NCBI GenBank assembly: GCA_038087875.1
Contig: JAXLNO010000477.1
Coordinates: 62,001-126,000 of the forward strand
DNA from: Malacoraja senta
Lineage: Eukaryota
DNA length: 64,000 bases
Direction: 5' to 3'
How positions within the stretch are numbered: position 1 is the first letter of the stretch; each line of letters begins with the position of its first letter. Below, one piece after another: positions 1 to 11,707 of the stretch. The notes under the pieces were generated by a model. It had not been told where the DNA came from and ran no database searches. It saw only the letters and a list, made by a program, of their open reading frames with translations. A program made the translations under genes and the position numbers.

Positions 1-583
1 CTTGGTGAGACCACACCTGGAGTATTGCGTACAGTTTTGGTCTCCAAATCTGAGGAAGGACATTATAGCCATAGAGGGAGTGCAGAGAAGGTTCACCAGA
101 CTGATTCCTGGGATGTCAGGACTTTCATATGAAGAAAGACTGGATAGACTTGGCTTATACTCGCTAGAATTTAGGAGATTGAGAGGGGATCTTATAGAAA
201 CGTACAAAATTCTTATGGGGTTGGACAGGCTAGATGCAGGAAGATTGTTCCCGATGTTGGGGAAGTCCAGGACAAGGGGTCACAGCTTAAGGATAAGGGG
301 GAAATCCTTTAAGACCGAGATGAGGAAAAACTTTTTCACACAGAGAGTGGTGAATCTCTGGAACTCTCTGCCACAGAGGGTAGTTGAGGCCAGTTCATTG
401 GCTATATTTAAGAGGCAGTTAGATGTGGCCCTTGTGGCTAAAGGGATCAGGGGGTATGGAGAGAAGGCAGGTACGGGATACTGAGTTGGATGATCAGCCA
501 TGATCATATTGAATGGCGGTGCAGGCTCGAAGGGCCGAATGGCCTACTCCTGCACCTATTTTCTATGTATCTATGTATCTATG
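1..583 (+). mobile_element. CR1-clade LINE, 3' end (ORF2 C-terminus, 3' UTR, (CTATGTAT)n tail)
   Basis: ORF 2..484 (RPHLEYCVQFWSP...RRLRGDLIETYKI...RTRGH...FFTQRVVNLWNSLP) is the typical CR1 ORF2 C-terminus. The microsatellite tail at ~563-583 abuts DIRS RT sequence. Confidence 0.95.
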
Positions 584-1763
584 ATCAAAGGAGAATTGAA
601 AAACTTTATGCAGAAAAGGATGATATAAATGTCAGGAGAACAACACCATCAGTTTGTGTCAAATATTCTCCTAGGAATATTCTCCTAGAAAAGGGATGGT
701 GGATATAGAATCATTTCCGATCTGACAAATCTTAACCTTTATGTACAATAGAAACATTTCAAAATGGAAACATTTACTAATGCCATTTAGCTAGTCACAA
801 AGAATTGCTATAAGGCAAGCATAGATCTGCAAAATGCATATTATTCTGCTTGGTCTGATTTCAGCACCAAGATTATTCACTAAATTGCTCAAACCAAATT
901 TTAGCTCTGTTAAGTGCTGAGGGCCATGTATTAATGGCTTATTTAGATGATATCCTCATTGTAGGGGACACTTTGGCTGCTGCAAAATTGTCCGTATCCA
1001 GAGTCAAATACATTTTGAGAAATTAGGTTTCATTATTCACCTACAAAAATCTAAATTGTTACCAAGCAAAAAGATTGATTACCTAGGGTTCACAATTAAT
1101 TCCGAACACATGGTAATCACTTTGCCAAAAGATAAAAAGCTGCAGTTAATTGAAGGTTGCATAAAACCCATTAACGAGGACACACCTTCAATTAGAGAAG
1201 TGGCAAGTTTGCTAGGCAAATTAATTGCAGGGGTTCCAGCGGTCACGTTTGGACCATTGCATTATCAATGTTTACAGAGAGCTAAGGTACAAGCGTTAAA
1301 AATGAATAGAGGGCATTTTGATAGGACCATGAAATTAACAATTCAATCCATTACAGAAATAGAATGGTGGATTAACAATGTTTCTAATGCTTCCAGAAAA
1401 GTTCTGGTAGAAACACCTTCCGTCACTCTACAGACTGATGTAAGTGTGCTGAGTTGGGGCGCTACTAACATGATTTCCAGCTGTGGAGATAGGTGGAATG
1501 TCAATGAAGTACCTTTGCTGGAAAATCTGGGAATCAATTATCTAGAGCTATTAGGCGCATTTTACGGCCTTAGAGCTTATTGCACTGATATGGGAAATGT
1601 GCATGTTCAGGTACAGGTTGACAATACTACAGCTGTAGCATACATAAATCACATGGGTGGTATAAAATCAGAATCTTGTGATAAATTGGCAAATGAAATT
1701 TGGACCTGGGGTATTGCTAGAAAAATTTGGCTGTCAGCAATATATTTACCAGGTAAAAATTAA
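584..1763 (+). pseudogene. DIRS reverse transcriptase/RNase H, frameshifted
   Basis: DGGYRII near 695-720, YLDD at ~940, and ORF 1056..1763 with IDYLGFTINS and QVDNTTAVAYINHMGG. Confidence 0.88.
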
Positions 1764-2220
1764 TACAATTGCAGACAAAAGATCACGTAAATTTAATAAT
1801 ACAGAATGGATGTTAAATCGGAAAATATTCACACAAATTATCACACAATTTGGAATGCCAGAAAGTGATCTGGTTGCATCAAGATTGAACCACCAGTTGA
1901 CTAAGTATGTGTCATGGGAACCTGATCCTGGAGCAGTAGTGGTGGATGCTTTCTCGCTACATTGGGGTGGTATGTTTCTGTATGCTTTTCCACCATTTTG
2001 TTTAATCCACAAATGCATACAGAAAATTAAACAAGATTCAAGCCTCAGGGATTTTGGTAGTACCAGATTGGCCTACACAGGTATGGTACCCACTGGTGTT
2101 AAAAATGATCAAAAACCCCCTTATGGTTATTCCAAAGCAGATTGAACTGCTTGTACACCCTGTGACTAATGAATCACATCCTTTACATAATCGTATTGGT
2201 TTGTTGATTTGCAGATTCTA
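1764..2220 (+). pseudogene. DIRS DNA N6-adenine methyltransferase-like domain remnant
   Basis: ORF 1678..2145 contains DLVASRLNHQL..Y.SW.PDP.A..VDAFSLHW and YAFPPF, motifs typical of the DIRS1 MT domain. Confidence 0.8.
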
Positions 2221-2258
2221 AGAAGGCATATCTTGGAAAAGGATTATCAGACCGTACG

Positions 2259-3140
2259 GTGGAGGTTATGACAGCAGCCGGGAGGAATAGTACCCAGAAG
2301 CAGTACATTTCCTATATAAAGAAATGGGAGGTGTTTTGTTCAGGAAAGAATATTGCATATAACACAGCAGAAATTTCAGATGTAATAGAGTTTCTTTCAA
2401 CTCTACACTATGAATTGAAATTAAGTTATAGTGCAATTAATACTGCACGAAGTGCACTCTCTGCATATTTAAGCAGTGAATCAGAACAAACTCCAATTGG
2501 AGAACATCCTTGGGTCTGTAGGTTTATGAAAGGAATTTCAACTCTAATCCTCCCAGACCCAGGTATACAGAAATTTCGAATGTAAAAGATGTACTGATGT
2601 TCCTAAGGAGTTGGAATCCAGTTGAAACCCTGTCATTATCCAAAATTACCATGAAATTGGTTATGCTCATGGCATTAGTTTCAGCGCAGAGAGTTCAAAC
2701 ATTACAGAAACTCAGAATTGATAGAATGAAAGTAGGGCAAAATGCCGTGACATTCTATGTCTATGATTTACTGAAGCAAAGTAGACCTGGGTCCACAGGA
2801 TGCAAGTTGGAATTTTTAGCATTACCTACAGATTAACGACTGTGTGTAGTAACATATGTGCAATGTTACATAGAAACAACAAAAGTTTTAAGAGGCGCCG
2901 AATTGGCATTTTTTATTAGTCATAAAAAGCCTCATAAGAAAGTATCAACACAAACAATTTCACGATGGTTGAAACAGGTGTTGAGATATTCAGGTATTGA
3001 TACTGATAAATTTAAATTTCATTCCACGAGGGCGGCATCAACATCAGCGGCCAGGGATTCAGCGTGCCAATAGACCTTATTCTCGCGGCCGCAGGATGGG
3101 CAAGTGAACAGATGTTTCACAAATATTACCACAAGGAGAT
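2259..3140 (+). pseudogene. DIRS tyrosine recombinase, broken into 3-4 pieces
   Basis: ORFs 2259..2585 (SYSAINTARSALS, HPWVCRFMKG), 2597..2836 (ALVSAQRVQTL) and 2858..3073 (TISRWLK, FHSTRAASTS), then AAGW...FHKYY in a shifted frame. Confidence 0.88.
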
Positions 3141-3400
3141 TAAATATCTCAGAGGGTTTGGTGATGCCGTGCTGGATACAGTATTAAATCCCCCATTATA
3201 AATGGGCCTAATTTTAGTTATTTTTATTAAAATAAATAAAACCATTAACTGATTACATTCAAATGTTGTGGTTATGCATTGTTGATTGTGCTTACTCAAA
3301 TAGAGTCAATCGATGCAGTGAACACCCGGATTTGAATCCACGGTGTGATATCACAGAGCTTTGAAATCTTCACGTAGTCACTCACGTGACTCCGAAGTAA

Positions 3401-3707
3401 AATAGTAAGATTAAACGAGAACTTACCAAGTTTGAAGTTTGATCTTTATTTTATGAGGAGTAACGTTGAGGGATTACGTGCCCTCCGCTCCCACCCTCAT
3501 AAAAGGATCAAGCTGGTAGTTCTAAGTCTTTATGCATCTTACTATCTTACTTCAGTAATTATCGTCTGTGATTGTCACTCCGCTGCTTTGAAAGATTGAC
3601 GCGTGTGCGGCTGGACGGGGTCTTCTTCACGTAATCCCTCAACGTTACTCCTCATAAAATAAAGATCAAACTTCAAACTTGGTAAGTTCTCGTTTAATCT
3701 TACTATT
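3401..3707. repeat. Perfect 80-bp inverted repeat (3401-3480 / 3628-3707), interpreted as DIRS ICR / right terminus
   Basis: 3628-3707 is the exact reverse complement of 3401-3480. Confidence 0.93.
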
Positions 3708-4407
3708 CAATGCTTCTGCAACATATGAGACATTCCGCTGGTTTCATGGTGTTGTAAACAATGGAGATGACAGGCGCTTTAGGTTTTAGCTTCAGGTTTA
3801 GGGATATTATTGGCACATGTACCGATGTACTGTGAAAAACATTGTTCTGCATGCTATCATTAGATATTATCGGTTCAAACGCGATGATACAGGGCACTGG
3901 GCATATGGATGCGCTCAGAGTGTGGTTGCTACATGGATTCGCACAGCGGGTGGCGTGCATATAGAATTAGCTGCCAAAGGAGGTAGCTGAGGTAGAAACT
4001 ACACAGGATCTAAAATACACTTGGCCCAACACACATCGGAAGTGACACGGGACAAAAACGGCAGGTGGGACTTATGTGACTGGTGTACATTGATCGACGT
4101 TGGGGGGCTGGGCTGAAGGATCTGTTCCTGTGTGGTGTGACTCATGACAATAGAGAGAGCAAAGTGGAAAATAGAGAGAGCAGAATACATTGATCAGCAT
4201 TGTAGCGCTATTTTATACATCAGTACCTCAGACAAAATTCAATGACCAATGGGGTAGAGGGCCTATGGAGGGACCGTTCATATGCCCGATAGCGGAGGAA
4301 ATTAATCAATTCCTAAGTCTTGTGATGCGCGCTTACAACATCTCTACCTTTTGCCGGATAGGTGTTGGGGAAAGAAAAAAACTGACTGGGATTTGCCAAA
4401 TATTTGA

Positions 4408-5720
4408 TTTTTATTTTTATTTTTTTTTAGATATAAATTTTTATTAGAAGCAAACATATTACAATGTAGAGTAACATGTTATAATAGAATAGAAGAAAAA
4501 ACTTTTCATATACATCAATCATTCATACATTATGAAATTTGTCAATTGTCAGTTAATTCTGCTTCTTGTGTTTTTTTTTTATATAGATAGAAAAAGAAAA
4601 ATAGAGAGTAAGTAGAGAAAGAAAGAAGTATTTCAATATCAAAAAAGAAAAAAAGGTGGAATGAATAACTTATAATACGTCATAGGAGATAAGTCCGTAG
4701 GTTATGAAATATAATTACATCTAATACTGAGTTCAAGCTTCAGTCGGGCTTTCGCGCTGGGCCACTCTATCCCTTCAAATAGGCAATGAATGGAGCCCAT
4801 ATTTTAACAAAAAGTTCTTGCTTGTCCATTAAGACAAGTCTAATTCTTTCTAGATGTAGGATCTCCGACATTTCCACAATCCACATTTTAATTGTGGGGG
4901 TTGTAGGGCCTTTCCAGAATTTTAATATTAATATTTTCCCTGTTATTATACTGTAGTCAAGGAAGTTTCTTTGACTTGTTGTGAGTGTTAAACTTTGTTC
5001 TGATATCCCAAGTATTATTAATTTTGAGTCTGGAGCTAGTTTGGTGTTAACAACTTCAGAGATTATTTGAAAAATATCAGTCCAGTAATTTTTATTTTTT
5101 ATACAATTTGCAAAGGTATGTGTTAAATTGGCCTCTAGATGCAGGCATTTATCACATATAGGAGAAATATGTGGGAAAATTCTATTTAGTTTTATTTTGG
5201 AATAATGTAATCTGTGTAAGACTTTAAATTGTATTAAAGCATGTCTGGCATTTTACGAACATTGATGTATATGTTGTAAACTTTCGTCCCAAATATCTTT
5301 CGTAATAGGATAACCTAACTCATTTTCCCATTTATGTCTATATAGTTCCATCGGTGGTTCCTCATTATTTAAGAGAATGTTATAAATATAAGCTATTAAT
5401 TTTTCAGTGTTAGGATGCTTATTCAAACATTCATCAAGAATTTCTGGTTCCCTAGTCCTATAAACTTGTGTATTGGATTTAACATAATCTCTAATTTGTA
5501 AATATCTGAAAAAGCTATTTGAGTGTAGTCCATGATTCTGTTGTAACTCTTGAAATGACAGAAAGATGACTTCCCTATAAAGATGTCCAATCCTTTTAAT
5601 TCCATGATTTTTCCATTGTATAAAACCTCTATCCAATATGGATGGTTTGAATAGAGGATTATTTACAATGGGAAGACATAGTGGTATATTATTCCAAATA
5701 TTTGATTTTGTTGGGTGTTT
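4408..5720 (-). mobile_element. L1-clade LINE, 3' fragment (ORF2 C-terminus, A-rich tail)
   Basis: Minus ORF 5253..5636 (FLSFQELQ..HGL...FFRYLQIR, KWENELG) continues into IQFKVLHRLH...CDKC...THTF, a Cys/His motif. A T-run at ~4408-4428 is the poly(A) tail. Confidence 0.85.
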
Positions 5721-6699
5721 AGGTAATGTTATGCAGCGTGAAGTGCAGATGAAGACTATGATTGGTCTGGGCTATGAGATGGACGGGGCTATATTTACAA
5801 CCATTTGCAATATCTCGATGTCTTGGCATAGTTGTTTCCAAAACAAGTTACGATGCAACGTGACAATTAGCTTCTTACCATATTTTTGCAAGTGTAACGG
5901 GAGACGTGATCAATGTATTTTTTATTTTCGTTTGTGTGCCTTCCGGTGTGTCGCATCAATGTGATTGCACCACGTCAGTGGCAATATTGACAGGAACCTG
6001 AAGTAAATACACTACACTCCGACGGTGGTGGGTGTATGGAACAAGCGATCTGAGGAGTTGTCTCACGGTGCGAGTCCACCCACGAGTGATCCCGAGTGAA
6101 AGAAAAAATCACACTCGTGGTTGTCTACGAGATTCCAAGTTTATGTTGACGAGTTTAAACGAGTTCCCACGTGTATGTCTAAGTTTGCCGTTTTCTTCTC
6201 ATTTCTGCGATGTACCAAGTTCCTCTCCCGAGTTACCAAGTTCCTCTCCCGAGTTACTCTTGAGCTAACCGTGAATGAAGGTCTGTTTTAAGTATCAAAT
6301 AGAGGAGCTGGACAGCATCTCATACAGTAAGTATATTCTGATTCAGTATTGAAAGTTATTCAATTTCAGAACTTTAAAAAACTAGGCAGGATCTCGGACA
6401 CGCACTCGCTACCATTGTGCAGCAAGGAGGCGGTGGCGGCGAAGCAACAGTGTAAAAGAAGACAGCTCCATCCTGCGGCTTTGAGTTAAAGATAGAATTC
6501 AGCGCGGCCGCATCTATTGATATGACCTCCAAAGGGAAAATGCGCACCGTCCAGTGCCAGAGCGTTTCTCTCTGCTCCCTCTGCGTGGGAATTCCCTCAG
6601 TATGGTCACTCAGCGGGACAGGCAGCATCTCCGGAGAGAAGGAATGGGTGACGGGATGACGTTTCCAAAATTCTGCTACGTCTTTGTGTTACTCCAGCA

Positions 6700-7920
6700 C
6701 TGTGTGTACACTTTTTGTCAAACAGCATCTGCCCTTTCTTGTGTATGACATCATTTGTATCCGTGGCAGTTGATTGTCGCTCCCTTCAGTTTCCCAGGAG
6801 GTCGGGACGGGACTGGAGTTGGGAGGGAAACGTGGGGTGGTGGGGAAGGAGAGGTGAGTGGGGGGAGGATGGGTGGGGGGGGGTGCTGAATGACTTAGTA
6901 CGGGAGGCAAGTGTAGGAGAGGTGTACTGACTGTGTGGGCAGACACTTTGATAGTGATTGCCCACCATTCTCAAAAGCCGGTGTGTCTCCCTGTCCGTGG
7001 GATAGCAGGGGGCGATCAAACAACACAATACACCCCTCCCTCCACGCCAACACGACGGGCACCGATCCCAAGGCTTTAGCGTCAGAAACAGCTGGCAGGC
7101 GACAATCACCCGCCATAACGCGAGAGAGATCATGCACTATTGTAGGTTTCCTTTACACGTCGGTGTTTCTGTCTTTCTCCATCTCATTGTTGGCCCTGTC
7201 TGTCGCCACCCCCACACCCACCCCTCTGCTTCACGGCCATGTGTGTGACCCCTTCCCTCCCCTCTCCAGCTCCCCGCCCATTGCACCGGGCGCGGGGGTT
7301 TCGCACCGTCTTCACGTCGGCGACGCCAGCAGGTCAGTGCCAGTCGCCCCGGGGCAGGTGCTCGGGGGCTCTCTCCCAGCGTGGCCCCGGACCGGCGTGG
7401 GGGGGAGATGGGAGTCAGCGGGCACGCCGGCTCTGCCACACCATGGGCCGTGCCGTCCAAGTTGGCGTCTCGGGGTAGTCCTATTTAGCTTCATGTGGCC
7501 CATAGCCCTCTAAACCCTTCCCATCCATTTATCTGTCGTTAATAACCTCACGAAAATTCCTGCTTCATTTTCCTGGGTCCACCCCAGAGAGAAGTCTGCC
7601 CCCTTTCCAGGGTTAATTGCTCCACTGTTTATAATGCTCTCTGCATTATGAAGTCCTCGACAGTGAACCCCATGGGCAATCACTACCAAAGTGCCTGCCG
7701 ACACAGTCCGTACACTTATCTCCCGTACTAAGTCACCCCAACCCCCCTCCCCTCCACTCCCCTCCCCTACCCCCCTGGCCCCCACCCCCACCTTTCCCTC
7801 CCAACTCCAGTCCCGTCCCGACCCACTGGGAAACTGAAGGGAGCGACAATCAACTGCCACGGATACAAATAATGTCATACACAAGAAAGGGCAGATGCTG
7901 GTTGGCAAAATTGTAACACA
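6700..7920. repeat. Long imperfect inverted repeat, arms ~6700-6963 and ~7674-7920
   Basis: CAGCATCTGCCCTTTCTTGTGTATGAC...GGGACGGGACTGGAGTTGGGAGGGAAA recurs as its reverse complement. The ORF track shows matching peptides on opposite strands (6715+ vs 7510-). Confidence 0.88.
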
Positions 7921-7924
7921 CTGC

Positions 7925-9065
7925 ATTGAGACACAAAGCCGTCAGGCTTGTTTTTACAACACTGTTACCCCTTATACAATGATGTTGAAAAATGGCCCTT
8001 TTTGATTTTTGCCCTGGATTTGTCTGCCTGTCACTTTTACTTTTCACCTTGCTACCTATTGCTTGTACCCTCATTTTACACACCTCTGTCCCTCTGTTCA
8101 CACATTTAAGAAACCCAACACCTCTTATTCTCTGTTTATTATCTTTTTCTTCTATATGTTGGGTCTGAGTGCTTCCCTTCTCTGCCTCCTGCCTCACACA
8201 CTGTCTACTAGCCTTCTCTATTTGAGATCTCCCCCCAACCGTTCTAGTTTAAAGTCTCCCCTGTAGCCTTTGCAAATCTCCCAGCCGGGATATTGGTCCC
8301 CCTCGGGTTCAAGCGCAACCCGTCCTTGCGTCACACCTTCCCCAAAAGAGGTTCCAATGATCCAGAAATTTGAATCCCTGCCCACTGCACCAGTCCTTCA
8401 GCCACGCATTTATCCTCCACCTCGCTCCATTCCTACTCTCACTGTCGCGTGGCACAGGCAGTAATCCTGAGATTGTTACCTTTGCGGTCCTTTTCCTTAA
8501 CTCTCTTCCTAACTCCCTAATTCTCCTTTCAGGACATCTTCCCTTTTTCTACCTATGTCATTGGTACCTATATGTACCACGACCTCGGGCTCCTCTCCCT
8601 CCCATTTCAGGATATCTTGGACACGTTCAGACACATCCCAGACCCTGGCACCAGGGAGGCAAACTACCATGCGGGTCTCCCACTGCGTCCACAGAATCGC
8701 CTGTCTGACCCCCTAACTATAGAGTCCCCTATCACTACTGCCCTCCTCTTCTTTCCCTTACCCCTCTGAGCAACAGGGCAGGTCTCTGTACCGGAGGCCC
8801 GGCCGCTGTCGCTACCCCCAGGTAGGCTGTCCCCCCCCCAACAGTACTCAAACATGAGTACTTATTGTCAAGGTGTACAGCCACTGGGGTACTCTCTAGT
8901 CCCTGCCTCTGCCCCTTGCCCCTCCTAACCGTGACCCACTTGTCTGCCTCCCGTGGTTTTGGAGTGACCACCTCTCTATAACTCCTCTCTATGACCTCCT
9001 CCCACTCCCTGACCAGACGGAGGTCATCGAGCTGCTGCTCCAGGTTCCTAATACCGTCCCTTAGG
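7925..9065 (-). mobile_element. CR1 LINE 5' fragment: ORF1 (SGNH/esterase-like) plus the start of ORF2
   Basis: KWVTVRRGK and RRAVVIGDSIVRGSDRRFC motifs. 7925-8290 closely matches the 5' part of the CR1 at 49280-49657. Confidence 0.85.
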
Positions 9066-9617
9066 AGCCTTGCGGGGCAGCGGCGATGAGTGTTATTGTG
9101 AGGAAGTTGTTGTCACGTAACCTGACTGATTGTGGACTGTGGACCAGAAAGTTATGGATCCCGTGGCAGAGGAAGGATGTGATTCCGAGAACCCAGAGTT
9201 TGGAGATAACCGCCACCCCCCTCCCCCAGCAGACACAGCTACACATGGCCTTATGCACAATGCCAAACTCGAGTCTGTTCCTACATTCAATATCACAATT
9301 ACCGGGGTGACCTTAATTTCAACGTATAGATCCATTAGTCTTCATTTCCTTAATGTCCACAAATATATTCGCTCCAACCCTGTTTGTACTTAACAACCGA
9401 GCATCGCTACTCTCTGGGATAGAGGGTATTGTGGGCTCAGATATATTTTCGAGAGTATTTTACACCTAACTCAGTCACTCCATGGTGAAATGTTATTCTG
9501 AAACATTGATCCAAACGTCATGATTCACAAACCCGTTGTGTAATTCTTTCAACGTCTATCCTGTCAGAACCTCGTAAAATTCTAATGTGTAAAAATATAA
9601 TTTCCCATTGATCCAAG

Positions 9618-10280
9618 TATGTTTCTTAGTCTTTTTTATGTGGGGGAGGTGGGGAGGGGAAGGGGGAAACCCTTTCCCTGTCACTTCCTGGTCGGTATGC
9701 GTCAATTCTCCGAGCCGCATCTTCGCCCCCCCCCCCCTCCCCTCGCGGTCTACCATCTGGATTGGCGCGGTCTTTCCTGCCGTAGACCGGCCAGAGCTTC
9801 AGCGACGGCACAACACTGAATTACCATCGCGGAGCGGGGCGATACCTTACTGGAGATCGCCGTGTGGAGCTCCGTAATGTTGGGCCTGCTGATTATCACC
9901 GTGGGGCTGAGGTTTCTAGCCGCGGGCGTCGCTGAATTTTAACCTCGCTGAGTCTGGGCTCCTTGCCGGGGATCGGCAGCGTTGGAGCTCCGCCCAGCTC
10001 GGCCTGTGGACTTCTTGAGCCGCGGTGGTAGGAAGTGGCCGATTCTGAATCTCCAAGCAGCTGAGAGTGTTCTTCCGTTCCGACGCCGGAGCTCCGATCA
10101 TCCTGGCGAGATGGCCCGAAACATCAGACCGCCGTAGCGGCGACTGCTGATTCTGCTGTGTGGGGATGTTCATGTTAAATTCTATCGTGTTTTGTGTTTT
10201 TCTTTATTCTTATGGCTGTATGGTAATTCAAATCTCACTGTACCAATTGTTGCTTGTGACAATAAATGTCTCTTCAACTC
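9618..10280 (+). mobile_element. GC-rich non-autonomous retroposon (SINE-like)
   Basis: GC-rich body ending in TGACAATAAA. It interrupts the old exon and resembles 43505-44390 in layout. Confidence 0.6.
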
Positions 10281-10404
10281 TCTGTAAACCGCAGATTAAA
10301 GAATCTCATCAATTAGAGTAATAAGAGTGACAAGTGTGTAAACGTGCCCACACCGGTCAACATGTCGCAGCCTTGCTGATATATTGTTGGTCCTCTGACA
10401 ACCA

Positions 10405-10900
10405 ATTCATCAATCAATCAATCAACCTTTATTGTCATCTTGCAAGCAACAGTTGTACATTCCAAAATGAAAAGAACGTTTCCCAGGGAATACCGGAGCA
10501 TCGCACATGAAATTTAAAACATTTCACACATAATAACACTAAAAACAATCCAGTCCCTGATGGAACAGTATAAATAGTTAAAAAGTAGGTAAAAACAACG
10601 TTAAAATACAGTAAAACCAATCATAAACATGTCCGGGATGGCTGATTTGAGTGGCCAGTGCCAGTTATTGAAGTTGCCAGTGCCAGTTATTAAAGTGTCC
10701 GTGCCAAGCCGCAGAATCAGGTGACTGTGAGTACAGAGTGGCTGTTTAGCAGCCTCACAGCATATGGCAGGAAGCTGTTTAGCAGTCTTGTAGTCCGGGC
10801 TTTGATGCTGCGATATCTCTTGCCTGATGGCAGGAGATCCAGGTGTATGTGGAGGGGGTGCAGTTTGTCCTTAGCAATTCTAGTTTGTCCTTAGCAATTC
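10405..10900 (-). mobile_element. Rex1/Babar-type LINE, 3' end
   Basis: Minus strand encodes HPLHIHLDLLPSGKRYRSIKARTTRLLNSFLPYAVRLLN. The 3' UTR ends TGACAATAAA plus (TTGA)n. Possible target duplication CAATTC at 10403-10408 and 10895-10900. Confidence 0.8.
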
Positions 10901-11707
10901 TTAGCATCCGAAGGATAAATCTCGACTTCTATCTCGGCATCTAGTCGAAGGTACTGTAAGTGGCGTATTCCCTCAATTAGATAGTTCGAAGGCATTATAC
11001 TCTGCTGATCAAGTGCTAGTAAATGGGATTTAGTAATTGGATACTATTGACACAGACCGTTGTTGGGCCTGCTTCTCTGCTCTGTGACTCTGTTACACAC
11101 CACCCAGTCTTGCACGATTCTCCACATGTGGTATCACCGTCACTAATTATGGCAGGGGTTCGCTACTTTGTCCTTGAATGGGTCGAGTTATAATGAGAAT
11201 TGCGGACATTATTCCTTCGAGTGCCGGAGGATGATTATCTATAAAATCTTGAGGAAAATGGATAAGGTAAATGCACTATTATCCAGGTCGAGGAATCAAA
11301 AACCATGTTAGATATCGATATCGTCTGTTCCACAAGGACAATCTTAGTCGCCATCATTCTACCAACATTCCCGCTCTGATAATAAATATAAATTTTCTCA
11401 GATGATTAGCATTGGTAAGGTTAGGCAAAGGTTTACTAGTGTGATATGTACCGAGGAATAGTGAAAAGCTTAGTTTTGCTTCTGATCCACTCAGATCGGA
11501 TAGATCGTGCGTAGGTACAAACAGTTCAAACTCAGAGGTAGACAAAAGTGCTGGAGAAACTCAGCGGGTGCAGCAGCATCTATGGAGCGAAGGAAATAGG
11601 CAACGTTTCGGGCCGAAACCCTTCTTCAAACTCAGATACATCAGATAGACCAAAGGGAATGTACAAAATACAGAATATTGTTCGTGATGTTATGATCATT
11701 ATTGCCT

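Larger units (their letters stand above)
584..3707 (+). mobile_element. DIRS1-type tyrosine-recombinase retrotransposon, decayed, right two-thirds
   Basis: Domain order is RT (AYLDDIL at ~937), RNase H (DNTTAVAYINHMGG), methyltransferase-like (DLVASRLN...DAFSLHW...YAFPPF) and tyrosine recombinase (FHSTRAASTS, AAGW, FHKYY), followed by an 80-bp inverted repeat. Confidence 0.92.
9330..10972 (-). pseudogene. Old, diverged paralogue of the unidentified amplified exon, split by insertions (pieces ~9330-9617, ~10376-10404, ~10901-10972)
   Basis: Manual translation gives LRLDAEIEVEIYPS / VVRGPTIYQ / FYEVLTG*TLKELHNG..VWINVSE..LENISEPTIP..KEMKTN. This aligns colinearly with [14 protein letters not shown] / AAKGPTVYQ / FREALTGWIFTEIHKG..VRINVSE..LANISEYTVP..REMKSN of the young copies. 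Confidence 0.75.

Noticed and set aside
1678..3140. Prophage integrase or restriction-modification methylase (bacterial contamination or HGT)
   Set aside because: Both domains are normal DIRS1 components, in the expected order after RT/RNase H.
5930..6270. Possible DNA-transposon fragment with CACGAG/CTCGTG motifs and a 21-bp tandem duplication
   Set aside because: No termini or coding motifs could be established.
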